Counted from the stretch's first letter, positions 25,887 to 39,504 are shown. The stretch is 64,000 nucleotides of DNA from Octopus sinensis (GCF_006345805.1 NC_043019.1:6199360-6263359); one strand, 5' to 3'. Translations and numbers: made by a program. The notes: generated from the letters alone by a model not told the origin.

Positions 25887-26270
25887 TTCGACAGATTAGA
25901 CTGCTGGAAAAGAAAAGAATCCTAACATCGGGCTACAAGTAACTTTAGCTGTCAAGAACCCTCCTAAGTATCCTAGCTGTCCCTAATAACACTATTTTCT
26001 GCAGCTCTACTAAACTGGGTGTTATGCCTATTTCCTGTATCCATCTGTTCAGATCTTTAGGAATAGTTCCCAATGCACCTATAACTACTGGTATACATTT
26101 TACCTTCACCATCCATAGTCTCTGTAATTTAATAGCTAGGTCCTGGTAATTTGCTATTTTTTTATACTTCTCATATGAATTTTTTCCTCATTTGGGACTG
26201 TAAAGTGAATTACCCGGCACTTTCTATTCTCTTTGTCTACTACTACCAAATCAGGCCTTCTAGCTTCTAA
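25885..26270 (-). mobile_element. R4/Dong-like LINE 3' fragment
   Basis: RRPDLVVVDKENRKC..YQDLAIKLQRLW..IPVVIGALG..LQKIVLLGTARILRRVL*, ending in (AAT)n. Confidence 0.85.
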
Positions 26271-26949
26271 TCAAATGCAAATGGAATGAAGTGAAAAATC
26301 AAGCCAGGTGTACATAAAGAAAAGATTTGAATTTATTTGGGTTTCTTTTGCGAGGTGGCGGTTGTTGTACTCTTAAGTTTTGAATGGAAATCACACTAAG
26401 AACTTAACTTTTCATTCTTCCAATATCGATAAAATAAAGTACTAGTCAAGTACTCTCTTCGATTCAATCGATTAGTGTCTCCTCCCAGTCACTGTCACTA
26501 GGGTGTTCGATTGGCAGAATCGTTAAGCCATTGCAGTATCTATTACGGTTCGTTACGTCTTGAGTTCCAATCACCTCGAGGTCGTCTCTCTCTTTTATCT
26601 CTCCAGTATCGATAAATTGAAGTACCAGTTTCGATTACTCTCTTCCCGAAAATTCTTGGCCTAGAGCAAAAATTAGTTAAAGCAATTATTTAGCTTTTTT
26701 ATATTTTATTGTATATGTAACTATCATTGATTTTATTGTTGTTAAAACTATTATAGGCTATATTAGCCTGCGTTGATGTTGTTTTGAAGTTTGATGACAA
26801 ATACTCTCAAATTTCAAGAACCTTTCTTCGGATTCTTGCAGAATATCAAATGGCACTTTTCTGCAGGTTGGCAATGCGAGTTTCAATTGCATTCCCTTAG
26901 GCGGCATTTTGAGTATTGTGCTAAGTTCACCAATTACTGCCGGAATAAT

Positions 26950-27808
26950 TGTTGTTTTAATCTTCCACAGTCTATTCTGTTCTCTGGCTAAGTCCTGATA
27001 TTTCTCAATGTTTTTCCCTTTTTTTCACTGGTATCCACTTCAGAGCTTATGATCTTACGCTGATTATTTATTTTGTTCTCCATAATCATAACTGGTCTTC
27101 TTCAACAGTTTCGTCAGTCGAAATGAGGAAATCCCACAAGTCCTGTAATTCTCATTCTCTATTAAAGCCTGCCATTCGTAATCACACCACTTTTCTGCAA
27201 TTTCGAACCCATACACTCGGCAGACACCTTGAATGCACTCTTTTACTACGCAGTCATGTCTGCGCTTAGACACTTTTTCTTTTGCGCTAGCTTACTGCAT
27301 TCACTCAAGACATGATTACTACTTCCGTCTCACTCAGAAACTGCAGTTGCTCTGAATTTAATCAATTATTTCCTTCATTAAATTCGTCTTAATGGCTTGT
27401 TACTAAGTGGCTATAATTAGCGCTTCGGTCTCTCGTTTCAGGTTTACGTCTGCCGGCTGCAACTATCGTTCTTTACTTCTTCCAGCATCTTCGGTTTGCT
27501 GCGTGAATTCGCCAGATTATTCTTTCCCTTTCCAGCTACCACTTTGCTGCTCTTCCTCTTGTTTCAGGACCTTTTAGGACATCTTAAGGTGCTCTCTTTA
27601 CTCTTTTACTTGTTTCAGTTATTTGACTGCGGCCATGCTGGAGCACTACCTTTAGTCGAGCAAATCGACCACGGGACTTATTCTTTGTAAGCCCAGTACT
27701 TATTCTATTGGTCTCTTTTTGACGAACCGCTAAGTGACGGGGACGTAAACACACCAGCATCGGTTGTCAAACGATGGTGGGGGGACAAACACAGACACAC
27801 AAACATAT

Positions 27809-27845
<37 letters not shown>

Positions 27846-28320
27846 ACAGGCTTCTTTCAGTTTCCGTCTACCAAATCCACTCACAAGGCATTGGTCGGCC
27901 CGAGGCTCTAGCAGAAGACACTTGCCCAAGATGCCATGCAGTGGGACTGAAGATTATTTCTTTATTACGTACCACATAATGTTCAACCCTAATATCGTAG
28001 TACCCACAGTATCTTCTCCTCTAGTTCTTTTCTTGGTAGTTATAGTCTGTTAGTATTACTTTTAGGCTGGTGTGCTTTGTGTATTGTGAGCAGCTTTCTA
28101 GTTCTTCGATCTAAGTTCTGTAACTCGATCTTCGCCCATTTTAGAAAGGAACCAGAGTATCTTTATGCAGACATAACCCGCGTATTTGTTGTTCTAATGA
28201 TATTCCTTCCATTTAATTTTTGTTTCGAACACACTCCTAATTCTCTTGCACGCTTCGAGAAGTTCCATCCCATTTCTCCTTTCAATATTCTACCACCTTG
28301 CAGTTCTCCTAGGTGACTGT
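26950..28320 (-). mobile_element. Decayed R4/Dong-like LINE interrupted by a family B SINE (27594-27950)
   Basis: Remnants of the zinc-knuckle region (SECSKLAQ..RHDCV) and of the late RT; abuts (ATT)n. Confidence 0.65.
27594..27950 (-). mobile_element. SINE family B, 5'-truncated
   Basis: Matches 18389-18818. Confidence 0.88.
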
Positions 28321-28321
28321 A

Positions 28322-28325
28322 TCCA

Positions 28326-28423
<98 letters not shown>

Positions 28424-28612
28424 TATTATTATTATTATTATTATTACTATTATATTATTATTATTATTATTATATTATTATTATTATACTATTATTATTA
28501 TTATTATATTATTATTATTATATTATTATTATATATTATTATTATATATTATTATTATTATTATTATTACTATTATTATTATTATTATTATTATCATTAT
28601 TATTATTATTAC

Positions 28613-28652
<40 letters not shown>

Positions 28653-28732
28653 TATTATTATTATTATTATTACTATTATATTATTATTATTATTATTATT
28701 ACTATTATTATTACTATTATTATTATTATTAC

Positions 28733-28768
<36 letters not shown>

Positions 28769-28809
28769 CATTATTATTATTATATTATTATTATTATTAT
28801 TATTATTAC

Positions 28810-28841
<32 letters not shown>

Positions 28842-28943
28842 TATCATTATTATTATTTCTATTATTATTATTATTATTATTATTATCATTATTATTATTT
28901 CTATTATTATTATTATATATTATTATTATTATTATTATTATTA

Positions 28944-28984
<41 letters not shown>

Positions 28985-29004
28985 TATTATTATATTATTA
29001 TTAT
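28322..29004. repeat. (ATT)n tract
   Basis: Direct reading. Confidence 0.95.
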
Positions 29005-30800
29005 TCAACATTTGGTAGTTCCAGGCAAATTTCTACTGCAGTGAGGTGTGTAGTATTGTATGTTCTTTTTCGTTGTTGGGTGAGTGGAAGCTCTTCCCGG
29101 TATTGTAATGCGTCAGTTTGTTTTGTTATGGAGTCTAGTTGCAATCTTTCGTTTATATTGTGTGTTGTATGTGTAATACAAATTGTGTTCTGTTGGTTAT
29201 CCAGCCTGTTGGCGGTTGTTTATTTTATTGGATGTTTGCTATATAGAGTGTCTTGTGTTTGTGGATTGTTTTGTTTAGGTTGTTTTATTGAATCGGTAGT
29301 GTCTTGCATAGGATGTGGGGGTTTTTCTAGCAGGGTTATTTCTTTGGATAGTGTGTAGTGTTGTGGGTTCAGGTACAGCTTCTATGTTTTTGTTCACGAT
29401 TTTTTATCATGCTCAATACTCTAATTACTACTGGTATTATTTTCACCTTCATTGAATACTTCAGTTTCGAGATCTTTGTACTTTGGCAATTTTCCCACTT
29501 CTCTTGAGCGCTGTTTTGACCAGGAGGGACTGAAATATCTATTAGTAAGCAGATGTTGTTTTTCCAATTATTATGCCTGGACGATTAGTTTTTTGTTGTT
29601 GTTTTTTTTTTGTCAGTTTTAACATACATATATCCCAAATGATTGTGGCCTGGTCGTTGTCATGTACCTTGTTTGGCGCATGTTTTTACCATTTATTGTC
29701 AGTTTTTATGTTTAGTGTTGACATATTGTCCAGTGGTTATAACCATTTACTCGGTCGTGTCTGTATGTATATATTCAGATTTGGCAAGTACTGGACAGCC
29801 AGAGATGATGTGGTCAATTGTCTCATTGTGCTGGTTGCATATTCTGCATTTGGTGTTAGGGCCTGTTTTCATTATTTTACTTTTATAATTCTTTGTGGTC
29901 AGGCATTGTCTTGTACAGCGAAACTCAGTCCTTCCGTTCCAGCTTTTAGTCCAGAGCTTTTGAGCCATTGTTGGCTTTTACTCAAGCAAACGTCTTTTCT
30001 ATCAAGATTTGCAGAATATTGGTCATGGAATGGTTTTTCTTTACTCTTACTCTCTTTTACTCTTTTGCTTGTTTCAGTCATTTGACTGCGGCCATGCTGG
30101 AGCACCGCCTTTAATCGAGCAACTCGACCCCGGGACTTATTCTTTTTTTGTAAGCCCAGTACTTATTCTATCGGTCTCTTTTGCCGAACCGCTAAGTAAC
30201 GGGGACATGAACACACTAGCATCGGTTATCAAGCTATGCTAGGGGGACAAACACAGACACACAAACACACACACGCATATATATATATATATATATATAT
30301 ACATACATATATACGACGGGCTTCTTTCAGTTTCCGTCTACCAAATCCACTCACAAGGCTTTGGTCGGCCCGAGGCTATAGTAGAAGACACTTGCCCAAG
30401 GTGCAACGCAGTGGGACTGAACCCGGAACCATGTGGTTGGTAAACAAGCTACTTACCACACAGCTGCTCCTGCGCCTTCCATTTTTTTCTTTAATATGTT
30501 CTGTAGTTCTGTATTCATGTACTTTTTTTCTCGCTTTGACCATTTCTGCTATGTTGTTATTTGAGATCACTGTATCAATGTAGTTTGTTTCTGTCTTGTA
30601 TTTCGTCATTTTCTTGCCATTAAGGTGACACATTTGTTCTAGAAGGAATATTGGTTCTTAATGGCCTCTTTGTATACCTTTCCTGCGTACAATTCTGTGA
30701 TCTGAGTAACATTTGGGAGTCTGTGAGCTCTGCTTAATTTGACATCACTGCAATCTTTGCTCTAAGCTATGACATAGTCAAGCATGCGTTGGTTACTATA
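29005..30800 (-). mobile_element. R4/Dong-like LINE fragments interrupted by a family B SINE
   Basis: SQQWLKSSGLKAGTEG..AVQD, zinc knuckle CRICNQHNETIDHIISGCPVLA, and an RLE remnant CLLIDISVP. Confidence 0.8.
30038..30476 (-). mobile_element. SINE family B, full length
   Basis: Matches 18389-18818. Confidence 0.9.
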
Positions 30801-32130
30801 GCGAGGGTGCTTCAATGTGTTTTTTTATATTTATCGACCTGCTGAAATATTGTGTTTGTAATTACTAAACCAAATTGTTGACAGAAAGACAGCAGGCCTA
30901 AACCTCTTGCATTCATTTTTCTTGTTCGATATCTTCCTATTACTTTTGGCCACATTATGCGTTTATCTATTCTGACATTAAGATCACCCATTAATATGGC
31001 TGGATCAGGATATTGAATTTACTGATAAAGTAGAAAATAAAGTAGAAAATATTCTGTTCGGATGCTGACAAAGTAGGTGCACATCCGCTGTTAATGTGCA
31101 TAAGTGAGGAATTACCTATGGGTATACGAAAAGCCATGAGATGCAGATCAATAGCTTGAGGGATTGATGGCAAGTTACAAAATAAAGTCTACGTATAACC
31201 ACTCCAAAAACTCCAAAAACATGTATAACCACTCTCAACTTCTAATTCACAAGAGTCCGCAAATTACATTTTACTTAGAGCAGTGATATCAATATCATAT
31301 AAGCCGATTACTTTTGCAATTATTGCTGTTATTCATTCTAGACTGTCTTTGCTGCCTTGAAAAGTTCTTACATTCCCAAAACCAAATATTAACATTTTTT
31401 TCTTTTTTTCTTATCTTTACTTTGACCACAATAAACTTGCTGGCTAGATATTTGCAGTTAATGCCAGCCTTATTAAAGATAAATCATACTTAGGGGTCTT
31501 TTCTCACCTCGCTTCCGATGTTGGAGAAGCAGTATTAAACTTAAATATAACTTCTTGCCACACAAAGAAAGACACGCGTCTTGTAGATTCCTTCGGATTC
31601 TACAAAAACATGACCATCACTCTCTGTGCAGCTTATGTGTGAAACGTGAAACTCTGGCTACAAATTTTCATCAACACTCTTTACTTGTTCCTCTCGTTAC
31701 CATATTCCATCGCCATGGAATTTTTTCAATTCACCTTCAAACTACCTCCGCAATGATTTTGCTTTAAGTTGTACGGGCTTGTGTCACCTGTTACGCTCTC
31801 TCGTCCAAAAAACCTAGACGCCGTGCATATTAATGCCACGTAAACATAAGACAGGCTGAATGCAGGACCGGTGACTCGGGAGCGCCCAAACTAGACTCTG
31901 TTCTGGCTTCAATAAAAGATGAAGCCTCTACACCAACGGTTTGAGTTGACGAAGTAGAGCAATAAAAGCCCTTTATCCTGTGATCATCAGACACAATTGT
32001 CGAATCCCAGGCAAAATCAAAACTACCATTACTATGTGTGTATGTATATATATATATACACACACACACACATTCTTGTATATATATATATATGTGCATG
32101 TGTGCGTATACATATATACATACTTGTATG

Positions 32131-32162
<32 letters not shown>

Positions 32163-32194
32163 TGGATATGCATGCATGTATATATGTATGTGTA

Positions 32195-32577
32195 TCTCTC
32201 TCTATATAAACGGCAGTTTGTCTGTGCGTTTTCTGTGTGTCTGTTTTCTCGTACCCTCACTCTGACCACGGCTTTCAACCGATTCTGATGAAACTTGACA
32301 CACACAGCCCAATGTCATAATTCAAAACTAACGCAGCGAAAATTTTGAAAAGTTCCCCCAGTTCTGAAAAAAATCGATAAATTCGACATGGGGTCGAGAA
32401 TCAGAAACCCAAACCACAGACCGTCTAGGGGATGCAACTCCACCTTTTTTAACTCTCAAAAAAAAATTTACCATCATTTTTTTTCCATTTTTTTGCTATT
32501 TTTTGGCTATAACTCTCTAAAAATGCTTTATAGTTATTTCCCTTACAAACCTGAGTAACGCCGGGCGATACTGCTAG
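32195..32577 (+). mobile_element. Complete small non-autonomous Helitron
   Basis: 5' a|TC..tatataaa start; 3' cctgagtaacgccgggcgatactgCTAG|t end; A/T insertion site with no TSD. Confidence 0.8.
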
Positions 32578-32591
32578 TATATATATATATA

Positions 32592-32626
<35 letters not shown>

Positions 32627-32629
<3 letters not shown>

Positions 32630-33011
32630 GAGGCGCAATGGCCCAGTGGTTAGGGCGCGGACTCGCGGTCATAGGATCGCGGTTTCGATTCCCAGACCGG
32701 GCGTTGTGAGTGTTTATTGAGCGAAAACATCTAAAAAGCTCCACGAGGCTCCGGCAGGGGATGGTGGTGATCCCTGCTGTACTCTTTCACCACAAATTTC
32801 TCTCACTCTTACTTCCTGTTTCTGTTGTACCTGTATTTCAAAGGGCCGGCCTTGTCACTCTCTGTGTCACGCTGAATATCCCCGAGAACTACGTTAAGGG
32901 TGCACGTGTCTGTGGAGTGCTCAGCCACTTACACGTTAATTTCACGAGCAGGCTGTTCCGTTTATTCGGATCAACCGGAACCCTCATCGTCGTAACCGAC
33001 GGAGTGCTTCC

Positions 33012-33012
<1 letters not shown>
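32627..33012 (+). mobile_element. tRNA-derived SINE, family C
   Basis: A box tggcccagtggttag, B box ggtttcgattccc; near-identical to 46885-47270. Confidence 0.9.
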
Positions 33013-33066
<54 letters not shown>

Positions 33067-34959
33067 TCAAACTAAACAAATCATGCACAGGAACCACTAC
33101 AAATCAGCGTTTTGATGTGACCAAATTGAGTGATTATACAATAAAAAAAACAGTTTCAAATATCTCTCCAGAATCGTTTCAGTACATTACAAACTAGTGA
33201 GAATGTAACAATTGACAATTTCGACCAAATCCTTACAGACTCAGCTAAAAAAAAGGAAACTATTGGATATAGAAAAAAAAACAGGTATGAATGGATATCA
33301 AAAGACATGGAAAATCCTGAATAAACGGAAAGAAAAACAGAAGAAACTTCTCACTTCTACATCAACCAAACATAGAAAAGTATAAGATGCAATATATGAA
33401 TGAGGATAAGGCAGTAAAGAAATCTGTACGGAATGACAAACGTAGATACAGAAACCAATTGGCTGAAGAGGCTGGATTAGCCGCTAAACGTAAAGATTTA
33501 AGATCACTGTACAAAATGAGGAAAAGATGGGGAAGTTGATATGAAGGAAGATACTATGATCTACCTGTACAAAGTACAGATGTAATCAAAATAACAGGTG
33601 ATAAAGTCAAACTAGAACGATGGAAGAACCATTTCCAAGCTATCCTTAATCGCCCAGAGTCCATAATCTCTACCGAAATAAAAGAAGCGGACAAGGATTG
33701 GGAAATCAACCCTGGAGAAATCATAAAAGACATAAAACGAAGTCATAAAAGCTATCTGTGAATTAAAAAATGACAAGTCATCAGGATTAGATGGAGTTTT
33801 TGTTGAAATGCTTAAAGCAGAGGTCAAAACATTACCAATTATTTTACAAGAAATTTTACAAAATAAGGAAATACCGAACAGCCAGAAAAAAGGACTTGTT
33901 GTGAAATCACCAATGGAAGATGATGCTTCAAACTGTAAAAATTGGAGAGGAACCACTCTATTTTCAATTACCAGTGAAATATTCACCCATATCATATTAC
34001 AGCACATCACAGCACGAAGAGCTAGCTGGATTCAGGAAAGGAAAATCATTATTGACAATATTTCTGTAAGTCGCCAAATACTCAAACGATGCAATGAATA
34101 GAACTAATCTTTGTGCATGTTGTTTGTTGACTTTGAAAAAGCTTTCGATAGCTTTCACCGAGATTCTCAGACACTATAGTTTCCCACACAAATTAATCAA
34201 GATTGAATCGGTTATTGTATAAAAAAACTTCTATTGTCAAGTTATACACAATAACAAACTGACATATCCGTTTGAAAGCAAAACCGGAGTCAAACAAAGA
34301 TGCATGTTGTCACCAATCTTATTTTCACTGGCAGCGAATTGGTTAATGCAAAGAACGACAGAAGAATATAAACGAGGTATAAATTGGAACACAACTCAAT
34401 TAGAAAATTTACATTATGCAGATGACATTTGTTTGTTCTCATACATGCCTCAAGAGTTAGAAAACAAATCTGAAAGACTTAGTCAAATAGCCAACACCAT
34501 AGGTGTCAAAATCAACGAGAAGTACCCTCTTTGTAAAAATATAACAGACGCTGACAATGTGACTTTGAACAACAAACCAATCAAAAAATGCTGACGAAGT
34601 TAACTATCTAGGCACCAAAATAACAATGGAGACTGCATTCATGAAATAAATACAAGAATCAGCAAAGCCAGCCAATCGTTCGGTATGTTAAGCTCAATTT
34701 GGAAATCATCAACACTTGACAAAAGCACCAAAATACGAATTTACGAAGGCAACATATTCAGCCTCCTCCCCTAACAACCAAAAGTATTGAAAAGAAATTG
34801 GTGGTGTTTCAAGTTAAGTATTGAAGGTCTACTGGCCGAATATGATCTCGAATAGCCAACTGCACACCAACGCTAACGCGAAACCAATGAGAGCTGCGAC
34901 TCTATTCCCTGGAACGAAGGCGGGAAAGGTATGCAGTGATATATATATATATATATATA

Positions 34960-35160
34960 CACTTTTACTTGTTTCAGTCATTTGACTGCGGCCATGCTGG
35001 AGCACCGCCTTTAATCGAGCAACTCGACCCCGGGACTTATTCTTTTTGTAAGCCCAGTACTTATTCTATAGGTCTCTTTTTGCCGAACCGCTAAGTAACG
35101 GAAACGTAAACACACCAGCATCGGTTGTCAAGCAATGCTAGGGGGACAAACACAGACACA

Positions 35161-35233
<73 letters not shown>

Positions 35234-35395
35234 GACGGGCTTCTTTCAGTTTCCGTCTACCAAATCCACTCACAAGGCTTTGGTCGGCCCGGGGCTATAG
35301 CAGAAGACACTTGCCCAAGGTGCCACGCAGTGGGACTGAACCCGGAACCATGTGGCTGGTTAGCAAGCTACTTACCACACAGCCACTCCTGCGCC
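34960..35395 (-). mobile_element. SINE family B
   Basis: Matches 30038-30476. Confidence 0.9.
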
Positions 35396-35396
35396 T

Positions 35397-35790
35397 GGTA
35401 GCAAACTTTGGTATAAAGAGCTATACCAGACCACGAACAGGAAGTCACTGTGCTGTCCCCACTGTGCCGACTGATTCATCTCGGGCAAGGACGATGTACT
35501 GCAATAGCTTGGGTTTCAAGGGTCCACAGCTGTTTAACTGTCTGTCGAAGCATCTGAGGAGCCTCCATGGAGTGGAGATGTAGACATTTTCAAGCGTGAA
35601 CTTGACCTCTGGCTCGCCGAGATCCCGGATGAGCCAATATCTAAGCAAGAAACTCAAAAGAGGGCAGTAGCATCGAACTCCATCCTTCACCAGAAGCCGC
35701 TCCGACAAAGGTGGAAAGTGGAAAGATGATTACAATGGCGGTGCTCCAGCATGGCCACAGTCATTGGACTGAAACATATAAAAGAATAAG
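35397..35790 (+). mobile_element. CR1/L2-type LINE 3' fragment whose tail matches SINE family B
   Basis: NFGIKSY..RTGSHC..NSLGFKGPQLFNCL..FKRELDLWL..IPDEP, then ggcggtgctccagcatggccacagtcattggactgaaac. Confidence 0.8.
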
Positions 35791-35995
35791 AAACTTTTGA
35801 AACAAGATGGAAATAGCTGGGTCGAGTTTGTCCCAATAAACCGAACTCAATTGTCAGGATCGCTTTGCAATGGGTTCTACAAGGTAGAATACGGAGTCGA
35901 CCAAAGGAAACTTGGTGGAGAACAATAACGAAAGATCTTAAAAGCAGAGGGTTAACAATGGAACAAGCTGTCTTTATATTTTCGAACATATCGTA

Positions 35996-36500
35996 TGTCG
36001 TATAGCCAGCTGGAGACGATGTCTCCTGGGGCTAAACACAGTAGCATTCGCCTCAAAATGTGACTGCCACATTAGGTTGGCAAAAAATCGTTGCTTTAAA
36101 GTGCTGCTACTGAATATCTCTCGTTGAGAGATTTAGGAACTATAATGTTTCTAGTTTATTAGATCAGTGACTGTGAATCACTTAGAAAAATCATATATAT
36201 TTTCGAACGAGTGTTTAGCAGTGCCATCTCAGCCGAAGAGTTATTCTGTGCCGACGAAGAGAAATAACCCTGAAACAGTAAGGTCTACAGACACCGCTTT
36301 GTGCTGGGTGGGGATGATAACCTCCCCTGTTCGAAAATATAAGGACGTGGATCTTGTGTCGTATAGCCAGCTGAAGACAATGTCTCCTGGGGCTAAACAC
36401 AGTAGCATTCGCCCCAAAATGGGTCTGCCACTTTACGTTGGCAAAATATCGTTACGTTAAAGTGTTGCTACTGAATATCTCTCGTTGATAGAGTTAGGAA
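35996..36500 (+). mobile_element. Partial tandem duplication of a PLE-end-like repeat carrying a hammerhead
   Basis: 35996-36140 is repeated at 36357-36500, with an HHR between them. Confidence 0.7.
36245..36291 (+). ncRNA. Hammerhead motif (U4C)
   Basis: UCUGUG-CCGACGA-AGAG aaauaa CCCU-GAAAC-AGUAAG-GUC-UACAGA; 6-bp stem I. Confidence 0.6.
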
Positions 36501-36515
36501 CAACAATATTACTAT

Positions 36516-36579
<64 letters not shown>

Positions 36580-36775
36580 ATATAAATAGATGAGTGGATT
36601 TTTACCTGTAACAATTAACACGGAAAAAATAAATAAATAGTTACCAGGGGCAGCAAATCTCACAAGTAAAGATGTTGTACTCCTTGTTATAAAGGTAGAA
36701 ACTTCGTGTTTACGTTGAATATTTTGAATAATATATGAATAAATAATGGACTTTAACGCAGGTGTAAATCAAATA
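36580..36775 (-). mobile_element. PLE-end-like repeat, same family as the tail following the HHR at 53465
   Basis: Reverse complement of ~53560-53745; embedded in (TA)n. Confidence 0.75.
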
Positions 36776-36923
36776 TAAAATATAAAATGTTGATTCTCTC
36801 AACTGACTATATCCTATAAATCTATATAAATCTATATATATATATATAAATCTATATAAATATATATATATATATAAATCTATATAATATATATAAATAT
36901 AGATATATATATAATAATAATAA

Positions 36924-36969
<46 letters not shown>

Positions 36970-37659
36970 TATAAATATATATATAAATAATAAATATATA
37001 CATATATATATATATATTATATTATATATATAATATATAAATCCTATAAATATATTATATATAATATATATAATATATATATATAAAGATATATATATTA
37101 TCCATATAAATCTATATAAATATATATATCCATATATATAATATATATAATATATATATATATATTATATATATATATAATATATATATATATATAATAT
37201 ATATATTAATATATATATACATATAAATCAACTATTCCATCTTCACAGGAGGAGAATTAATAAAAGTTATGAGTTCCATCGTCGAAGAGCTATATTATAA
37301 GCTTAATTATATATTATTATATTTACCTTAACTTATTTTATTCTTCTCTCTTAATACTACATACAACTCATAATTCCTATAGCGACCACTTCATATATTT
37401 TCTCACTTCACCTACCTTATGATTTATAACATATTTGAATTAAGCACGAGCGAAATTAAATTCCAATACTTACTCTAGTTTATTTATCTATTAAACCTAT
37501 TTATTTACTCTGCTTTATTTTTATTTTATTTTATTTTATCTTATCTTATCTTAATACTTTATACTTCACGCTATTCGAATTTAGCGATAACTTAATATTA
37601 TATTTATTACCTGTGAACATACACTTTCAATAATATTTTTTATATTTTTATAGCTGACA

Positions 37660-37870
37660 CCATGCTGAAAAGTCCCTCGCTTTAAGAGAATCACGAAATC
37701 CTTAGGTGGAGGCCCAACCTTCCGAATTATTTTACAGGGCTTAGATAAACTGAAGGACCGCTGCAATAAGTGTATGAATCTGAAAGGGGAATATGTTGAA
37801 TAAAAATCACAAATGATCCTCCAGTATCTTCTTTTACCCAAAGCTAGGAGCTTTTCAGCAGCCCCTCGTA
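37660..37870 (+). mobile_element. Internally deleted mariner derivative
   Basis: Transposase C-terminus remnant CMNLKGEYVE* and TIR cttttcagcagcccctcg-ta, with an inverted copy ctgaaaagtcc near 37666. Confidence 0.6.
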
Positions 37871-38144
37871 TAACCAGTTGAGGTTTACCCTTGATCTCTT
37901 TACCCTTAGCCTCCATCCATGCTGGAATCCCTATGATAAAATGTTATTGTCTGAAGACTTCCTCTATCTTCTTTACAGCACTGAAACCTCCCTTTGGGTA
38001 TTTGATAATTCTAACTCGCAATGCACGTCGCCACTACACTTGGTTTCTTGCCATTACACATATGGTCTTCTTCACACCTTACCATTGAACCTCCTCTTCC
38101 CCACTTATTTCAGTACCTCCAGTTCCTTTACATGCATACGTGTG

Positions 38145-38850
38145 TACGAAGTGGTATCAAAACGTTCCCGGACTAGTTATATTTAATTTTAAAAAATAAC
38201 TTTTTCACCTAAATTTTAGCAGCATCTCCTTCGAAATAGTCGTCTTGCACAGCATTACACCGGTTCCAACGTTGCTGGAACAATTTGGAATCAATCTTGG
38301 AAGTCATATTCCGTAAGCGAGTCGAGGACCATCTGCGATTCACTCTTGATCTGGACATTGGCGACCTTTGCACTGCATTTTCATCTTGGGGAAGATATGG
38401 GAGTCCGCAAGCGCTAAATCTGGTGCATAGGACGGGTGCGGAAGCGACACCATGTTGTTTTGCGCGAGAAACTCACGAGTGAGAGCTCCGTAATAATGTG
38501 CGTTGTCGTCGTGAAGAATCCAATTCTTCGCGCTTCACAAATCGGGTCGCTTTCACCGAATGTCCTCCCTTAAACGCTTAAAAGCATTGCAGTATAACTC
38601 TCGGTTGATGGTCTGGCCCTGAGGAACGAATTCTCGATACACACTGCCGCGGATTTTGAATAAAACGATTAGCATGTCCTTGAATGAGCTGTGGTTCTGT
38701 AGTGCCTTCTTCGGTCGTGGAGTTTAAGGGCTCTTCCATTATGTCGACTGCTACTTTGATGTCGTAAGCTTGCTGAAGTATGCTCAATGTCTCTGTAGCA
38801 GACTTTCCAAGTTTAACGAAAACTTTCACGTTGGCTCTTTGTTCCTGTCC
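38145..38850 (-). mobile_element. Decayed mariner transposon
   Basis: EQRANVKVFVKLGKSATETLSILQQAY (mariner N-terminal HTH) and further catalytic remnants. Confidence 0.8.
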
Positions 38851-39139
38851 ATGACAAAATCTTTTTATGCTTTGATACTGGTGATACATTTCTATCTTCA
38901 GTCTCTAGCTCCTTACAAACTTTGTAGACGAAAGATCTGGCAACTTTTAAAAACCGAGATATTTCTAAATCGCTATGCTCAGCCTTTATGACCACAACAA
39001 CAGCATGCCTCTTCATTTCCTGAGTAAGCTGAGGGTGTACCATGATTATTTTCTGAAACAAAGATTATACAGAGTTAGCAAAAAATGCAGCAATGACTCA
39101 AAAAAGTTATGTCCCCAAATACCTTATGTACCCCGTATA
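38851..39139 (-). mobile_element. Tc1/mariner-superfamily 5' fragment
   Basis: MKRHAVVVVIKAEHSDLEISRFLKVARSFVYKVCKEL HTH-like start; terminus ta-cggggtac. Confidence 0.6.
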
Positions 39140-39221
39140 TACAGCTGTTCCAGAAACAGTTGTAAGAAATTTTATGCATTACTTCTTAATCCCTTATTTA
39201 CTTTAACATCACTGTAATTAT

Positions 39222-39504
39222 TGGTTGTATAAAGTCAACATAACGTGACAGTCCCGTGGGCTTAGTAAGCATCACCGCTAGCGGGGACACGCTACCCTGA
39301 ACTGATGACGGGCAATACTCAGAAACATGCATGTATTCATGTTGCTAGTCCTAGCTGGTGGGGGTGCTTGCCTCCCCTTTGCGAATATAAGGACACAGGA
39401 AATGTATGAAAGCCGACAGGAAGCGTCGATGCTTCCTAGGACTATATAGCGGTGGTGTAATTCCCTCTACGGGACTGTCACGTTATGTTGACTTTATACA
39501 ACCA
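39222..39504 (+). mobile_element. 283-bp element with perfect 36-bp terminal inverted repeats enclosing a hammerhead
   Basis: tggttgtataaagtcaacataacgtgacagtcccgt (39222-39257) is the exact reverse complement of 39469-39504; no TSD seen. Confidence 0.85.
39298..39339 (+). ncRNA. Minimal type I hammerhead ribozyme
   Basis: UGAA-CUGAUGA-C-GGG caaua CUC-A-GAAAC-AUGCAU-GUA-UUCA; palindromic ACAUGCAUGU. Confidence 0.75.

Larger units (their letters stand above)
33070..35990 (+). mobile_element. Decayed RTE-clade LINE (RT region), interrupted by a SINE and a CR1 tail
   Basis: KSSGLDGV..EMLKA, CKNWRGTTL, FVDFEKAFDS, GVKQ.CMLSPILF, LHYADDICL, WVLQGRIRSRPKETWWRT; many disruptions. Confidence 0.88.

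Noticed and set aside
31440-31980. Non-microsatellite stretch with two small hairpins as a host exon or ncRNA
   Set aside because: No clean ORF or recognisable RNA family; more likely decayed LINE sequence, but unassigned
32627-32705. tRNA gene
   Set aside because: tRNA-like head continues into a multi-copy SINE body; the copy at 46885 has a TSD
37430-37470. gc-acga-gc-gaaa-ttaaa-ttc motif resembling a hammerhead 3' half
   Set aside because: The 5' core does not fit any 3-8 paired variant
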